Of a stretch of DNA of 64,000 bases, positions 1 to 11,100 are shown in pieces. Source of the stretch: Octopus sinensis (Eukaryota). Positions within the stretch are counted from its first letter, which is position 1; each line of letters opens with the position of its first letter. Below the pieces are notes generated by a model. It saw only the letters and a list, made by a program, of their open reading frames with translations, was not told where the DNA came from and searched no databases. The stretch spans positions 156,426,001-156,490,000 of the forward strand of contig NC_042999.1 of the NCBI RefSeq assembly GCF_006345805.1, in the 5' to 3' direction. The translations under genes were made by a program, and so were the position numbers.

Positions 1-172
1 ATTTAGACTTCTTGTCATTCGACCGTCTAACGGCTTGGCCGATTAGACTCAAACTCCATACACAATAACATTAGTCATAAAAATCGCTGTAATTAGCCGA
101 AAGAAAGCAATGTTGCACAAACCCTTTATACTAGTGAAAAAGGAATGATATATGAAAGTAAAGAGAAAAAAA

Positions 173-608
173 GGATCTTTTCGGTTTGAACGGCAGTTTT
201 TAACATAATTTCTAGGTAACTAAAAAATTTTAAACTTCGTATACTGGTAGAATGTGTTTATAAAACATCTATTTCTCTTGGCTTTATTGAGAAAATTCTA
301 TAGTTTGTAAGATATTTGTTGTTTTTTTCTTCAATTTCTGCAATTTCAACCAATCACTGACGTCCATTGAGGTAAAAACATTCTGTACCGTATGAATACG
401 TCCCTCGTTTAAGAAACAGATTGGGTTTATTTACATTTGTGAAGGAGAAAAGATACCATTCCCCCAACCGTAACCCTAACCCTAACCCTAACTAACCCCA
501 ACCCTAAAAGAGGTTCACATGCAATAGATCGATACTAAGGTCATAATTATGGGTGACAATTTCATATGACACCCCTAGAAAAAACTGCCGTTCAAACCGA
601 AAAGATCC
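173..608. mobile_element. MITE-like non-autonomous DNA transposon containing a telomere-like (CCCTAA)n tract
   Basis: 29-bp terminal inverted repeats GGATCTTTTCGGTTTGAACGGCAGTTTTT (from 173) and the complement ending at 608. Apparent 8-bp TSD GAAAAAAA on both sides. No ORF. CCCTAA repeats at about 467-507. Confidence 0.8.
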
Positions 609-686
609 GAAAAAAATAATAAAGAGAAGAATGAGACAGTGGTAAGAAGTAGAAGAAAAAAAAAAAGATAGCTATGGAACACCTAC

Positions 687-784
687 CTTCGAAGCCTCTT
701 CATATGTTATTACGAGAGCATTGGGGTTGTCTTTGAGTATTGGCCACCACTGTCTTGTGTATTCAAAATAATCACCCCTCGGGA
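687..784 (-). CDS. SULT-like gene A, coding exon 3 (VPRGDYFEYTRQWWPILKDNPNALVITYEEASK)
   Basis: TTACAG acceptor and GTAGGT donor. 98 nt, the same length as gene B exon 3. Matches the SULT G-S-W-F...W...L...YE region and is in phase with exon 2. Later exons lie left of the window. Confidence 0.9.
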
Positions 785-1024
785 CTGTAACGCCAGAAAA
801 CGAAATTTGTTCACAATTAATGTATACGTTGTGGGACTGTCCATTCGTTTGAAATTGAAGAATTTTTAACTACCCTATAAAAATCATTTACTTTGTGAAA
901 GTGTCTAAGTTTTTTTTTTTATCTCGAAATCTTTCCTTTGCCCAATAACACTTTCATTGTTTCTTCTACGGCCCAACGGGTTACAACATTTACCTGACAA
1001 TTCCCTGACTTAAACATGACTTAC

Positions 1025-1342
1025 CGTTTCCGTCCATGAAGAGCTCAAAGAAACTGTGGAAGTTGCCATCATACTGAATAATTTCGATACTCCACATATG
1101 TCTGTAATAAGAAACTACCACAGACTTAGGGTTACGCGCGATGAAAATGATTTTGTTATTCTTAAGTAATGCTTCAGGCAGAAAGGTAGGGTGTAAGTGT
1201 GTGTTGAGCACCCTTGGAGATGGTTTTGAATCCAGTTGATCTTTAAGCATGAAGTCTATCATATTTTCTTCTTTAATACTGGGAATTCTTTCAGCTTTTC
1301 CATTGACGATCATACTCGTTACCTCCCAGATCCAGTGGGTTC
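1025..1342 (-). CDS. SULT-like gene A, coding exon 2 (catalytic His and 3'-PB motif)
   Basis: ACAG acceptor and GTAAGT donor, 318 nt. Encodes THWIWEV...SPRVLNTHLHP...IARNPKSVVVSYY, the typical cytosolic sulfotransferase core. Confidence 0.92.
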
Positions 1343-1466
1343 CTGTTATTAAAATTTAATACAACGTAATTATATGACCGCAGACTAATGACTGAAACAA
1401 CTAAAGATAAAATATATGATTATGCTATTCTCGACATAATAATGATAATAATAATAATAATAATAA

Positions 1467-1501
<35 letters not shown>

Positions 1502-1502
<1 letters not shown>

Positions 1503-2523
1503 CTGTTCTCAGTATTTAAGGAAGCTGACAAATACAAACAAGAAATCATACCACCCAACAAATATGAAGAAGAAGAAGAAGAAGATGAAGAAACAACAAA
1601 GGCTATAAAACAAATGAAATCCAAACTAAAACTAGAACAGCAAAGACCCATGATAAAACGATGGCAAGAAAAGCCCCTTCATGGTAAATACTGGACTAAA
1701 CTAAATGCAAAAGAAATAGACAAGGAAAAATCCCAGCAATGGTTGAGAAGCTCAGGACTGAAAGCAGAGACAGAAGGATTTTTAATTGCAGCACAAGACC
1801 AAAGCCTCCCCACCAGAAATTACCAAAAACATGTAATGAAAAGAAATATAACAAGTAACTGCAGAATAAGTGGAGATGGACAAGAAACAATAAATCATAT
1901 TATCTCTGGCTGCCCAGTCCTGGCTAAGAAGGAATATATCCACAGACATGACAGAGTTGGGACCTACATACACTGGAAGCTATGCCAACATTATGGAATA
2001 ACAACAGAAAAAAGATGGTATAGGCATACACCAGAAAAGGTCACAGAAAACGAGAAAGCAACCATACTCTGGGATATGCCGATACACACAGATAGAGAAA
2101 TTAAGGCCAACAGACCAGATATAGTTGTCAGAGATCATGAAGAAAAAAAATGCATTCTAATTGATGTATCAATACCAGCAGATGACAACGTGTCTCTAAA
2201 AGAAATGGAGAAACTTTCAAAATACAAAGACCTGGAAATAGAGGTAACCAGAATGTGGAATCTAAAAACAGAAACAATTCCTATCATAGTAGGTGCATTA
2301 GGAATGATAAAAAAATATTCAGACAAATACATAACAAAAACACCAGGACTTACAAACACATATAACATACAGAAAATTGCACTACTAGGCACTGCACACA
2401 TCCTACGCAGAACGCTTTCCATACAATAACCATCAGAGCATCACAACAAATCACAGCACATACCCAAGGCACACAGAGCTGCGCTCGGTTGCGAAGTGAA
2501 AGCACGCTATAAAAATAAAACTA

Positions 2524-2527
<4 letters not shown>
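1502..2527 (+). mobile_element. 5'-truncated R4/Dong-clade non-LTR retrotransposon (CCHC + REL endonuclease)
   Basis: ORF 1614-2429 contains ETINHIISGC...RHD...RPDIVV...IDVSIP...EKLSKYKDL...IIVGALG (restriction-like endonuclease). Flanked on both sides by (AAT)n tracts (about 1437-1498 and 2528-2593). Confidence 0.85.
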
Positions 2528-2580
<53 letters not shown>

Positions 2581-3088
2581 TAATAATAATAATTCCTAAA
2601 GATTTGAACAAATGGATAGAGGAAATAGGTACAAAATGTAGTTTAGTGCAGTTCCAGTAAACAGTATTATTATTAACTTGATCCTGAACGCGGTTGTCTC
2701 GAAATTTGTATATGGTTTCACCAAGCTAAAATCTTTATTGCTTACAATGATGGTCAATAGTTCATAGATGTTTGAGCATCTGTAATCCAAGTAATAGAGT
2801 TTAGTAGACGAGATGATGTGGAAAAACAGGTACAGAAGCGCATTTAGAAGCGATGTCTAGGCTAAAAGAGTATCTGTCCTGTGCGACGATGTTGAAGTTT
2901 TGAGTCTGTTTATGACTTTACTGTAGCATTCAACATATCCCAAAAAGATCTGAAGTAAAAATTTGAGAATTTAGTGATTCAATTTTCGAGATGTTTTGTT
3001 TTTGAATGGGTAAATCACAAGGGGCGCTGTAACTGAAGAGAAAATTTCGGAATATACATGTATGCATACAGACATGCCTGCATACATG

Positions 3089-3181
<93 letters not shown>

Positions 3182-3194
3182 ATATGTGTGTGTG

Positions 3195-3252
<58 letters not shown>

Positions 3253-3459
3253 ATGTTTATTATCACAATATTAAGTCGAAAAACTGAGACATTGAATGTG
3301 GAACACATATATATGTTTACTAATTTATATTATTTATTTATATCATTATGTATATGTATATTTTTATATGTATGAGTGTGAGTATATGCACTCATATGTA
3401 TATGTTGTATTATGGGTATGTACCCACACCCATGTGGGTATATATGTAGACTGATTTAT

Positions 3460-3599
3460 ATTACATAATCTCCGAAGAGGCCTTATGATACTTTTGTAAA
3501 TGTCCCATTTATATCTATATATTGACCTACCATAAAAGGCTAATATTGGTAAAATGAGACATACTTATCTACATGGCCGAAACAGCTGTAAGATGTAAT
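3460..3599 (+). ncRNA. Type I hammerhead ribozyme motif with about 90-nt loop II
   Basis: Stem I ATTAC-ATA-ATCT / AGAT-GTAAT. Core CCGAAGA. Stem II GGCC/GGCC. GAAA. Stem III AC-AGCT-GT. GUA cleavage triplet at 3588-3590. Confidence 0.75.
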
Positions 3600-3983
3600 C
3601 TATACTTATATTTATATTTACTTATATTTATATTCTCTTTTATATATATTCTACTTATTATACAACATTACTCTTTTATGTACACTTTTTTATGTACATT
3701 CCTTTATGTACACTGATTTGTTCTGCTTTTTATATTTAACCCTACAGTCTCTTATGTGGTGGTTTAATAAAGTATGTGATTGAGTATTATCTGGTAATTT
3801 GATTTAGATCTATTTCTCCATTTTCTTATCTTGTATTAGTAATTTGTGGTAAATCATTTTACCTTTGCCTATATAATACAGTAAATGAATTGATTGCATC
3901 GCAGTCATTGGTACTTCACTAACAGTATATTGGAAATATGTTATCCCATGGAGGGTTGTATTTGCAACCCCTATCTCAATTTG

Positions 3984-4016
<33 letters not shown>

Positions 4017-4082
4017 GAACATGTATACGTACAAAAAACATATATGCAATTGGCGTACGTACGTGTGTGTATGTCTGTTGCC

Positions 4083-4154
<72 letters not shown>

Positions 4155-4160
4155 GTATAA

Positions 4161-4549
4161 ATATTAATAGCTATCGCCAAGCTAACATGGAAGTCCTGAA
4201 AAATAGGACGAATGCTACCGTTGATTACCTCCAAGAGGCCATCGCCTCTAGCTAGCTATGTGACACACGAATCTGTGTCCATTATAACCTTCGAACAGGG
4301 GAGGTCAGCAGCGACGCCTGCTGGGTTCGGCTACTCCACATTGATACGAGGCAAACACCTCGAAACTAGTCTGTGGATGCCAGACCAGCAAGGGGAAGCT
4401 GCTGACCTCCCCTGTTCGAAGGTTATAATGGACACAGGTTTGTGTGTCACATAGCTAGCTAGAGGCGATGGACTCTTGCAGCTAATCAACGGCAGCATTC
4501 GTCCTATTTTTCTGGACTGCCATGTTAGCTTGGCGATAACTATTAATAT
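4161..4549. repeat. Fold-back element: about 170-bp imperfect inverted arms around a hammerhead-containing spacer
   Basis: 4161-4331 is the reverse complement of 4379-4549 (e.g. GCTATCGCCAAGCTAACATGG / CCATGTTAGCTTGGCGATAAC). Confidence 0.9.
4335..4377 (+). ncRNA. Minimal type I hammerhead motif, U3-A8 core variant
   Basis: Stem I TCCACA/TGTGGA. Core TTGATAC. Stem II GAGG-CAAACA-CCTC. GAA. Palindromic stem III ACTAGT. GUC triplet at 4369-4371. Confidence 0.72.
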
Positions 4550-4639
4550 CCTGTACCGCTGCCGTAGTTACCCTTAGAGAGAGAATTATAAATAATTATA
4601 TATATATATATATATAGTGTATATATATATATATATGAA

Positions 4640-4759
4640 CCAATTTCAACACATTTCGCCCAAATTTGACGTCGCTGTTACTTAGTATAATTTGAAATAA
4701 AGAACTTGATTAGCTTAATAATCCTAACTTAATCCCGGGCAAAGCCGGGTTATACTGCT

Positions 4760-4761
<2 letters not shown>
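4640..4761 (+). mobile_element. 3' end of a non-autonomous Helitron
   Basis: GC hairpin CCCGGGCAAAGCCGGG followed by TATACTGCTAG|T, the same terminus type as the other Helitrons in the window. Confidence 0.6.
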
Positions 4762-4801
<40 letters not shown>

Positions 4802-5030
4802 CACTGTATATGTACATGCATACATACATATATACATATATATACACACACATACATAGATTAAGATAGTATAACGATAAATTAATATCATAGTACATTA
4901 AATACGTTATAATATAAAGTAAGTAAAAACCAGAAAGGTAGAATACATAAATGAGAGTGCAAAATAGCACTTACAATTGCTAGAAATAAGAGCTAAAATT
5001 ATAACTGGAATAGCCACACAAAACCACCAA

Positions 5031-5070
<40 letters not shown>

Positions 5071-5100
5071 TTGCTTTGATTATATATATATATATATATA

Positions 5101-5416
5101 TGCTGAAACCCCTTCGGTCATGACTGACCATGGGATTGCACCTAGAAAGTTACCCTCCCAGGCACAAGTCCGGGCAAGGTTGTTTACGGAAGACCAGCAG
5201 TCACCCATGCATACCGGCCTCCCCTCTCCGCGCCACCAAGGAAAAGGCAAAGGCCGATACCACTTCGCACCTGTGACGTCGCAACTCATTTCTACAGCTG
5301 AGCGAACTGGAGCAACGCGAAATAAAGTGTCTTGCTCAAGAACACAACACGGAGCCCGTCTGGAATTCGAACTCATAACCTCGCTCGACGCTCTAACCAC
5401 TGAGCCATGCGCCTTC
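5101..5416 (-). mobile_element. tRNA-derived SINE
   Basis: Reverse strand begins GGCGCATGGCTCAGTGGTTAGAGCG (A box) with a GAGTTCGAATTCC B box, followed by a non-tRNA body. Confidence 0.8.
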
Positions 5417-5748
5417 AGACACACACACCCTCACGTATAGTTATTTAGTGTTACGTTAAGAGTGGGGTGTGTAATTGTGAGTGTATGAGTATAAGTGTGT
5501 GTAGGTGTGTCTTTGCATTTGTCCCACCTGACACCGTTTGTCAACCGGTGTTAGTTTGCATACATCCTCGTAACCTACCGGCTAAGCAAATGTGACCAAT
5601 AGAATAAGTGATAAATTTTTAAAAAAGAAGTTCTGGGGTCGATTTTTGCCACTCAAAAATTTCAAGTTGGTGCCCCTACGTAACCACAGTCCATTGGATG
5701 AAGCAAATAGAAAGAAAGATTAGGAAAAATATCAGTAAAGCCACTCAC

Positions 5749-5947
5749 CCGCGGTTGGATATGCAGAAATGACAATGTCATCAGCTCGAAGTGGTAGAGA
5801 GGAGATATTTGCCAAAACAGAGGGAACTGCTGGTAAGGCTGGCAGTGGAATCCCTTTATAGAGGTAGAGAGAAAAGCTATGTCCATCTCTGTCGTAGATT
5901 TTTGTTAGAGAGTTTTCAACTTCTCTTTTGATCATCTCGCTCTCCAT
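5749..5947 (-). CDS. SULT-like gene A, coding exon 1 (ends ...RADDIVISAYPTAG)
   Basis: ATG at 5947, 199 nt, phase-1 GTGAGT donor that splices in frame to exon 2 (YPTAG|THW). Homologous to exon 1 of genes B and C. Confidence 0.88.
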
Positions 5948-6757
5948 GATTTTATTTGTGGATAATTACGATTTTACTATCATATACACGAACGAATAAT
6001 AAAACTTTTCAGTATAAGGATATATACATACGTACACACACGGTTCAAATTTGACTAAACGAAATGGACTCACTCTATGTGCACACATGCAATTTCATCT
6101 GCCGTAGTAGTCTCGTTTGTATGTGTTTAGTTAAGAATTTAGGTCGCTTATAAAAGTGTTACGAAACGTTATCTGTATTCTTGTGTATTTTCACAAAGTC
6201 ACAATAGATACGCCTTAAAGTTGTCCACTTGTTTATATAAGTGTGCACATGTGTATTTCAACGTGTGTGATATGCTGTAAACGAAGAGAAAATTTCGGAA
6301 TATACATGCATGCATACTGACATGCCTGCATACATCTGCATGCACAGATACATATGTCCGCACACACACGCACGCACACATACACACACTAGTTCTTACT
6401 GATTATGTCCTATACCATCAACAAACTGACGAGCGAGCACACGCACACACATTTCTGTTTATACAATGTAAATGTGAATACGTCGCTACACAAATCCGTT
6501 GAAATTAGTTATATAATATATATATATATATATATATATTAGTAGGTGAATGAATTATCCTATGTTTATTGTCAGCATGGAAACTTCGTTTAACCGAAAC
6601 CTGGGTAGCAAATTCACGTCAGAAACACGGTTGAAGCGACCTGTCAAAGGTAGAAATTTGTGTGTTGTATATGAATAAATGAAAGAAAGGAATTTTGTTA
6701 ACATCTTCGTTCGACACCATTCTTTCATTTATATATATATATATATTTATATGGTGA

Positions 6758-6822
<65 letters not shown>

Positions 6823-6827
6823 ATATA

Positions 6828-7113
6828 TCACGTGACCGACCAGTCCATCAGATGTAGTTACACATCGCTGGTCACAATGCGTTCGCATTGTTTTAGCCTT
6901 CGAATGACGCCACCCCGCTGGCTAAGCGAGCAGGCCAACAGAAGAAAGAGTGGGAGAAAGAGTACAGCAGGGATCACCACCCCCTGCTGGAGCCTCGTGG
7001 AGCTTTTAGGTGTTTTCGCTCAATAAACACTCACAACGCCCGGTCTGGGAATCGAAACCGCGATCCTACGACCGCGAGTCCGCTGCCCTAACCACTAGGC
7101 CATTGCGTCTCCA
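6828..7113 (-). mobile_element. tRNA-derived SINE (GGAGGCGCAATGGCCCAGTGG family, variant tail)
   Basis: A and B boxes and body shared with copies at 18988, 32728, 37241, 42934 and 54060. Confidence 0.85.
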
Positions 7114-7141
7114 CTATATATCTTCTCTTCTCCGTCTGTCT

Positions 7142-7222
<81 letters not shown>

Positions 7223-7331
7223 GTTAATCCAAACAAGAAAACACAGAAAAAAAGAGAAAAAAAACACAGCAACGCAGGACGTGGAACAATTAATTAAAGT
7301 ATTATTGACGCTCAGGAAGAAGGGAAGGAGG

Positions 7332-7366
7332 GTTTAAGGTTTCGAGCGGAGCTCTTCGTCGGAAAC
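7332..7366 (-). ncRNA. Degenerate minimal hammerhead motif in a PLE-like terminal fragment
   Basis: Reverse strand GTTT-CCGACGA-A-GAGC-TCC-GCTC-GAAA-CCTT-AAAC. Same family as 45608-45642. Stem III has one mismatch. Confidence 0.5.
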
Positions 7367-8109
7367 AAGGAGAAGGAAAGATCCCAAGAAGGGAAGACAG
7401 AGGAAAAAATATTTGAGCTGGTGGTGCTCAAGAGATTATATATATATATATATTATATATATTATATATCTTTATACATATAAAACTGAGAATGTGTGTC
7501 TGTCTGTCTGGCTGTCTGTGTGTTTCCCTAAAACTTGAGAACTACACAACCAATTTCATTCAAATTTTACATATGCCTCACTTAGGGTCCGGGTAGTGTT
7601 CAACTTCTTGCCTAGAGCGAGCCCATAGCAATATCATATCTTCCCCACTATTTCAGTATTACGTGTTAAAAGTGAAACAAAAATATTTCTCTATTTTATG
7701 TCAGATGCTTTCACTTTAACAATAAAAATAATAATAACAATTGAATTATATGTAGTAAGTAATAATTAAAATCAAACTAAAGTATAATATAAGTAAAAAT
7801 AGCAATTGGTATAAAATTGCATCAATGATTTGAACTTGAATAAGTGGTTTCACATGAATGGGAATTAAATTAAAAATAAAATTAGCGTGCAGAAATCCAG
7901 ATGGATAATAAAAAATTAAATCAAAGAAAAGACTACTGTCTATAAAGTATACAATGTAGAGAAAAAAGAAGAGCTAACATTTCCATTTTTCATTGATTGC
8001 TAATCTGTTTTGTCGATTGCTATTTATTACCGGTTTGTTAATTTAATTACTGTTACTTTGTTTTATATATTGTGTCTTCTGTGTAAGACTGTTATTATCC
8101 TTCGCGCGA

Positions 8110-11100
8110 AGGCTACGTATTAAAATTCCCAGCCCCGCGGGGGAATTATTATTGTGAAACAATTATTGTGGAACTATTTAAAAATACACACAAAAGGCTT
8201 GCGAAGCCAGATTTTTTTGAAGGCTTGTTAAGCCACATCCGGAGATGGATCCTCCTATCTCCTATTCACCTGTATCAGGTGAAGAAAACTCACCGGCGGT
8301 GACGCCGAAAACAGAAGAAGCCCCAGCGAAGAAGTTCGCAGAAGTTGCGGGCAAAAAACAGAAAAAAATTAACACTGAAAAAAAGCAACCTAGAAAAATA
8401 TGCAGCATGTTTGAAAAAGGAAGGTAATGAAGTGACAGTAATACCAGACGTCAGAAAGACAGAGGAAGTAGATAAAAGAAGGATTATTTACAAAACGTAT
8501 AATACGACGATGAAAACCATTCAAAGAGTGAAAGAGAAAAAAATCGAGAATTGTCTAAAGACAATACGGATGGACATCACATAAATACGAGGGACGTTCA
8601 ATAAGTAATGCCCCTGACCCACTTGCAGTTGTGTGATCTAGCTGAAATTTTGCATGTGCAATTATTTATATCTCTATAAGTGGCAAATTACAGCTCTGAA
8701 TTGATTGTCGTTTCTGATTTACAGGTGTTTGAACTGAGTCAAGTGTGAAATGGAGCCTGTTGAGTATCGAGCCGTGATCCGGTTTTGTATTTGAAAGGAC
8801 GCACACCACGGGAGACTTTTGATGAAATGAAAGTAACTTGTGGTGATGATGCCCCATCATATGACCTTGTAAAATGCTGGAATCGTGAATTCAAACATGG
8901 TCGGAACTCTGTGGAAACAGCTCCCAGATCTGGTCGCCCCCATTCTGCCATTGATGAGGCATCTGTCCGTCAAGTTGAGGCTGCCATTTTGGAAGATCGA
9001 CGCATAACTATTCGCCAAATAGCCCATGAGGTCAAGATTAGTACCGGGTCTGTGAAAACTAACATTCATGACCATTTGCATATGCAAAAGGTGTCTGCCA
9101 GATGGATTCCCAGGTTGCTCACACCTTTCCAGAAGCAAGAACGCGTCAAGTGCTCGAGGATGAATTTGGAGATATGCCAAGAAGATGAGTCAAAATTTTT
9201 CAAAAGACTGATTACACAGGATGAAACCTGGGTCCATCACTATGATCCAGAGACCAAAGCACAGTCAATGCAGTGGAAGCACCGTGACTCACCTCCTCCA
9301 AGAAGGCAAGGGTGCTGCCCTCCGCTGGCAAGGTCATGCTCACAGTCTTCTGGGACCAGGACGGACTAGTGATGACAGATTTCCTGGCAAAGGGTACCAC
9401 AATTATAGGAGCCTATTATGCTTCACTTTTGAGGAAATTAAGAGAAGCTATCAATTCAAGAGGCGGGGCAAGATCAGCAAAGGCATCCTCCTCCTGCAGG
9501 ACAACGCTCCGGTCCACAACTCGCGTGTCGCCAGATCAGAAGCACAGGCATGCGGCTATGAAATCTTCCCCCATCCCTCCTACTCTCTTGACCTTGCACC
9601 CTCTGATTTTCATCTCTTCCCAGCCATGAAGTTGTTTTTGAAAGGAAAGCGTTTCCCAGATGATGCAGCCTTGATTTCTGAAGTCACGTCGTGGTTGGAG
9701 ACCAAGGTGGGGTCTTCCACAAAAACGGTCTCCAGAGCTGCATCAAACGATGGGAGAAATGCGTAATTCTGAATGGTTCCTATGTAGAAAAAGACTAATA
9801 ACTGTGCCAAGTTTCGTTGCTCTACTGCTATGGGAAGTGGGTCAGGGGCATTACTTATTGAACGCCCCTCGTAAACTGTGGCAGAAAATTCGGAACGGCT
9901 GAGGTCAGGTTCAGGACAGAAGAGATAGCCAAGAAGCTATCAACTGAACCTCTAAAAGCGGAAAATATAGTCCTCCTCCCCCTGTACAGAGGTAGAAGGA
10001 CCTCGAAGATCAAAATAAACAACATTCCCCCAGAGACAGACACCACATGCCTGGTGGCGGCAGTGATGTTAGGCCCGGAGGACAAGATCACTATCCTCCA
10101 GGCTACAGTAGAGGAGGAGGAGTATTGGCAAGGCCAATGCATCTCAATGGCGATACAGGCGGAGGTTCAGACGTTGGAAGAAATTCCAGAGACATTGAGG
10201 ATCAGCGAGGAGGAGAGGGTGATATTGTTTGTGGAGGGCAGAAAGCCGAGGTGCTTCGGCTGCGGTAAAAAGGGGCACGTGAGAGTGGAGTGCCAACCTA
10301 GGCCGCATGAAGCAGCTGCGCCAGAAAAAGAAAAATCAGAAGCGAAAACACCAGAAACTACAGAATCAACAGAAACCAAAGAAGCAACAGAAACAACAAG
10401 CGGCGAAGAAAAAGAAAAAGAGGGGTGGTCAAAAATCACCATGAAAAAACGGAAAACAGAAACCAGAAAGTGAGCCAAAAAAAAAAAGAAAAGAAACTAC
10501 GAATACATTTATGGCCATTAAGACAGCCAACAACAGGTTGATTAACGTTTTGGCAGCTAATTAGAAAAGTAGATAGAGAAATAGCTAAGTGACCACAGTT
10601 TTACCCGGTCAGCTACAGTGATCATAAAATGGTCACCTGTAAGCTTAACATAGATAAGGTTAATAATAGAGGCTCCGGTTATTGGAAACTTAATACGTCC
10701 CTTTTGGCGATTAAGGAGTACAGAGACCGGATTAGGACTATAATTCAGAGGGCGCTATCTGGTGCCATCATTAATAACAAATGGTGGTATGCCCTCAAGC
10801 GAGCCATCAAATTCGAGTCTATTAGATATAGCATAGGATTAGTGGCTAGAGGGCTAGGAGGGATTCAACTTTAGTTAAGGAATTAGAGGAAGCCATGAGA
10901 ACTGGCTCTGCGGATCAGGTGACGGCCAAGAGACTGGCGTTAAACCAGCACCTCGAGGCCAAACACATGGGCTGCATTGTCAGGGCTAGGATCCGCGCAA
11001 TGGGTTGTGAGGGAATCAACGCCGTGAGATGGGCCCGAGTGGTGGAAGCTCAGCGTGGTAATGATGCCACAATTCGATCTTTGACGAACCAACAAGGTAA

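Noticed and set aside
6565-6612. Possible hammerhead (GG-AAAC-TTC-GTTT-AA-CC GAAA CCTGGGTA)
   Set aside because: The 3' half is plausible, but there is no CTGANGA-like core or 3-8 covariant upstream.
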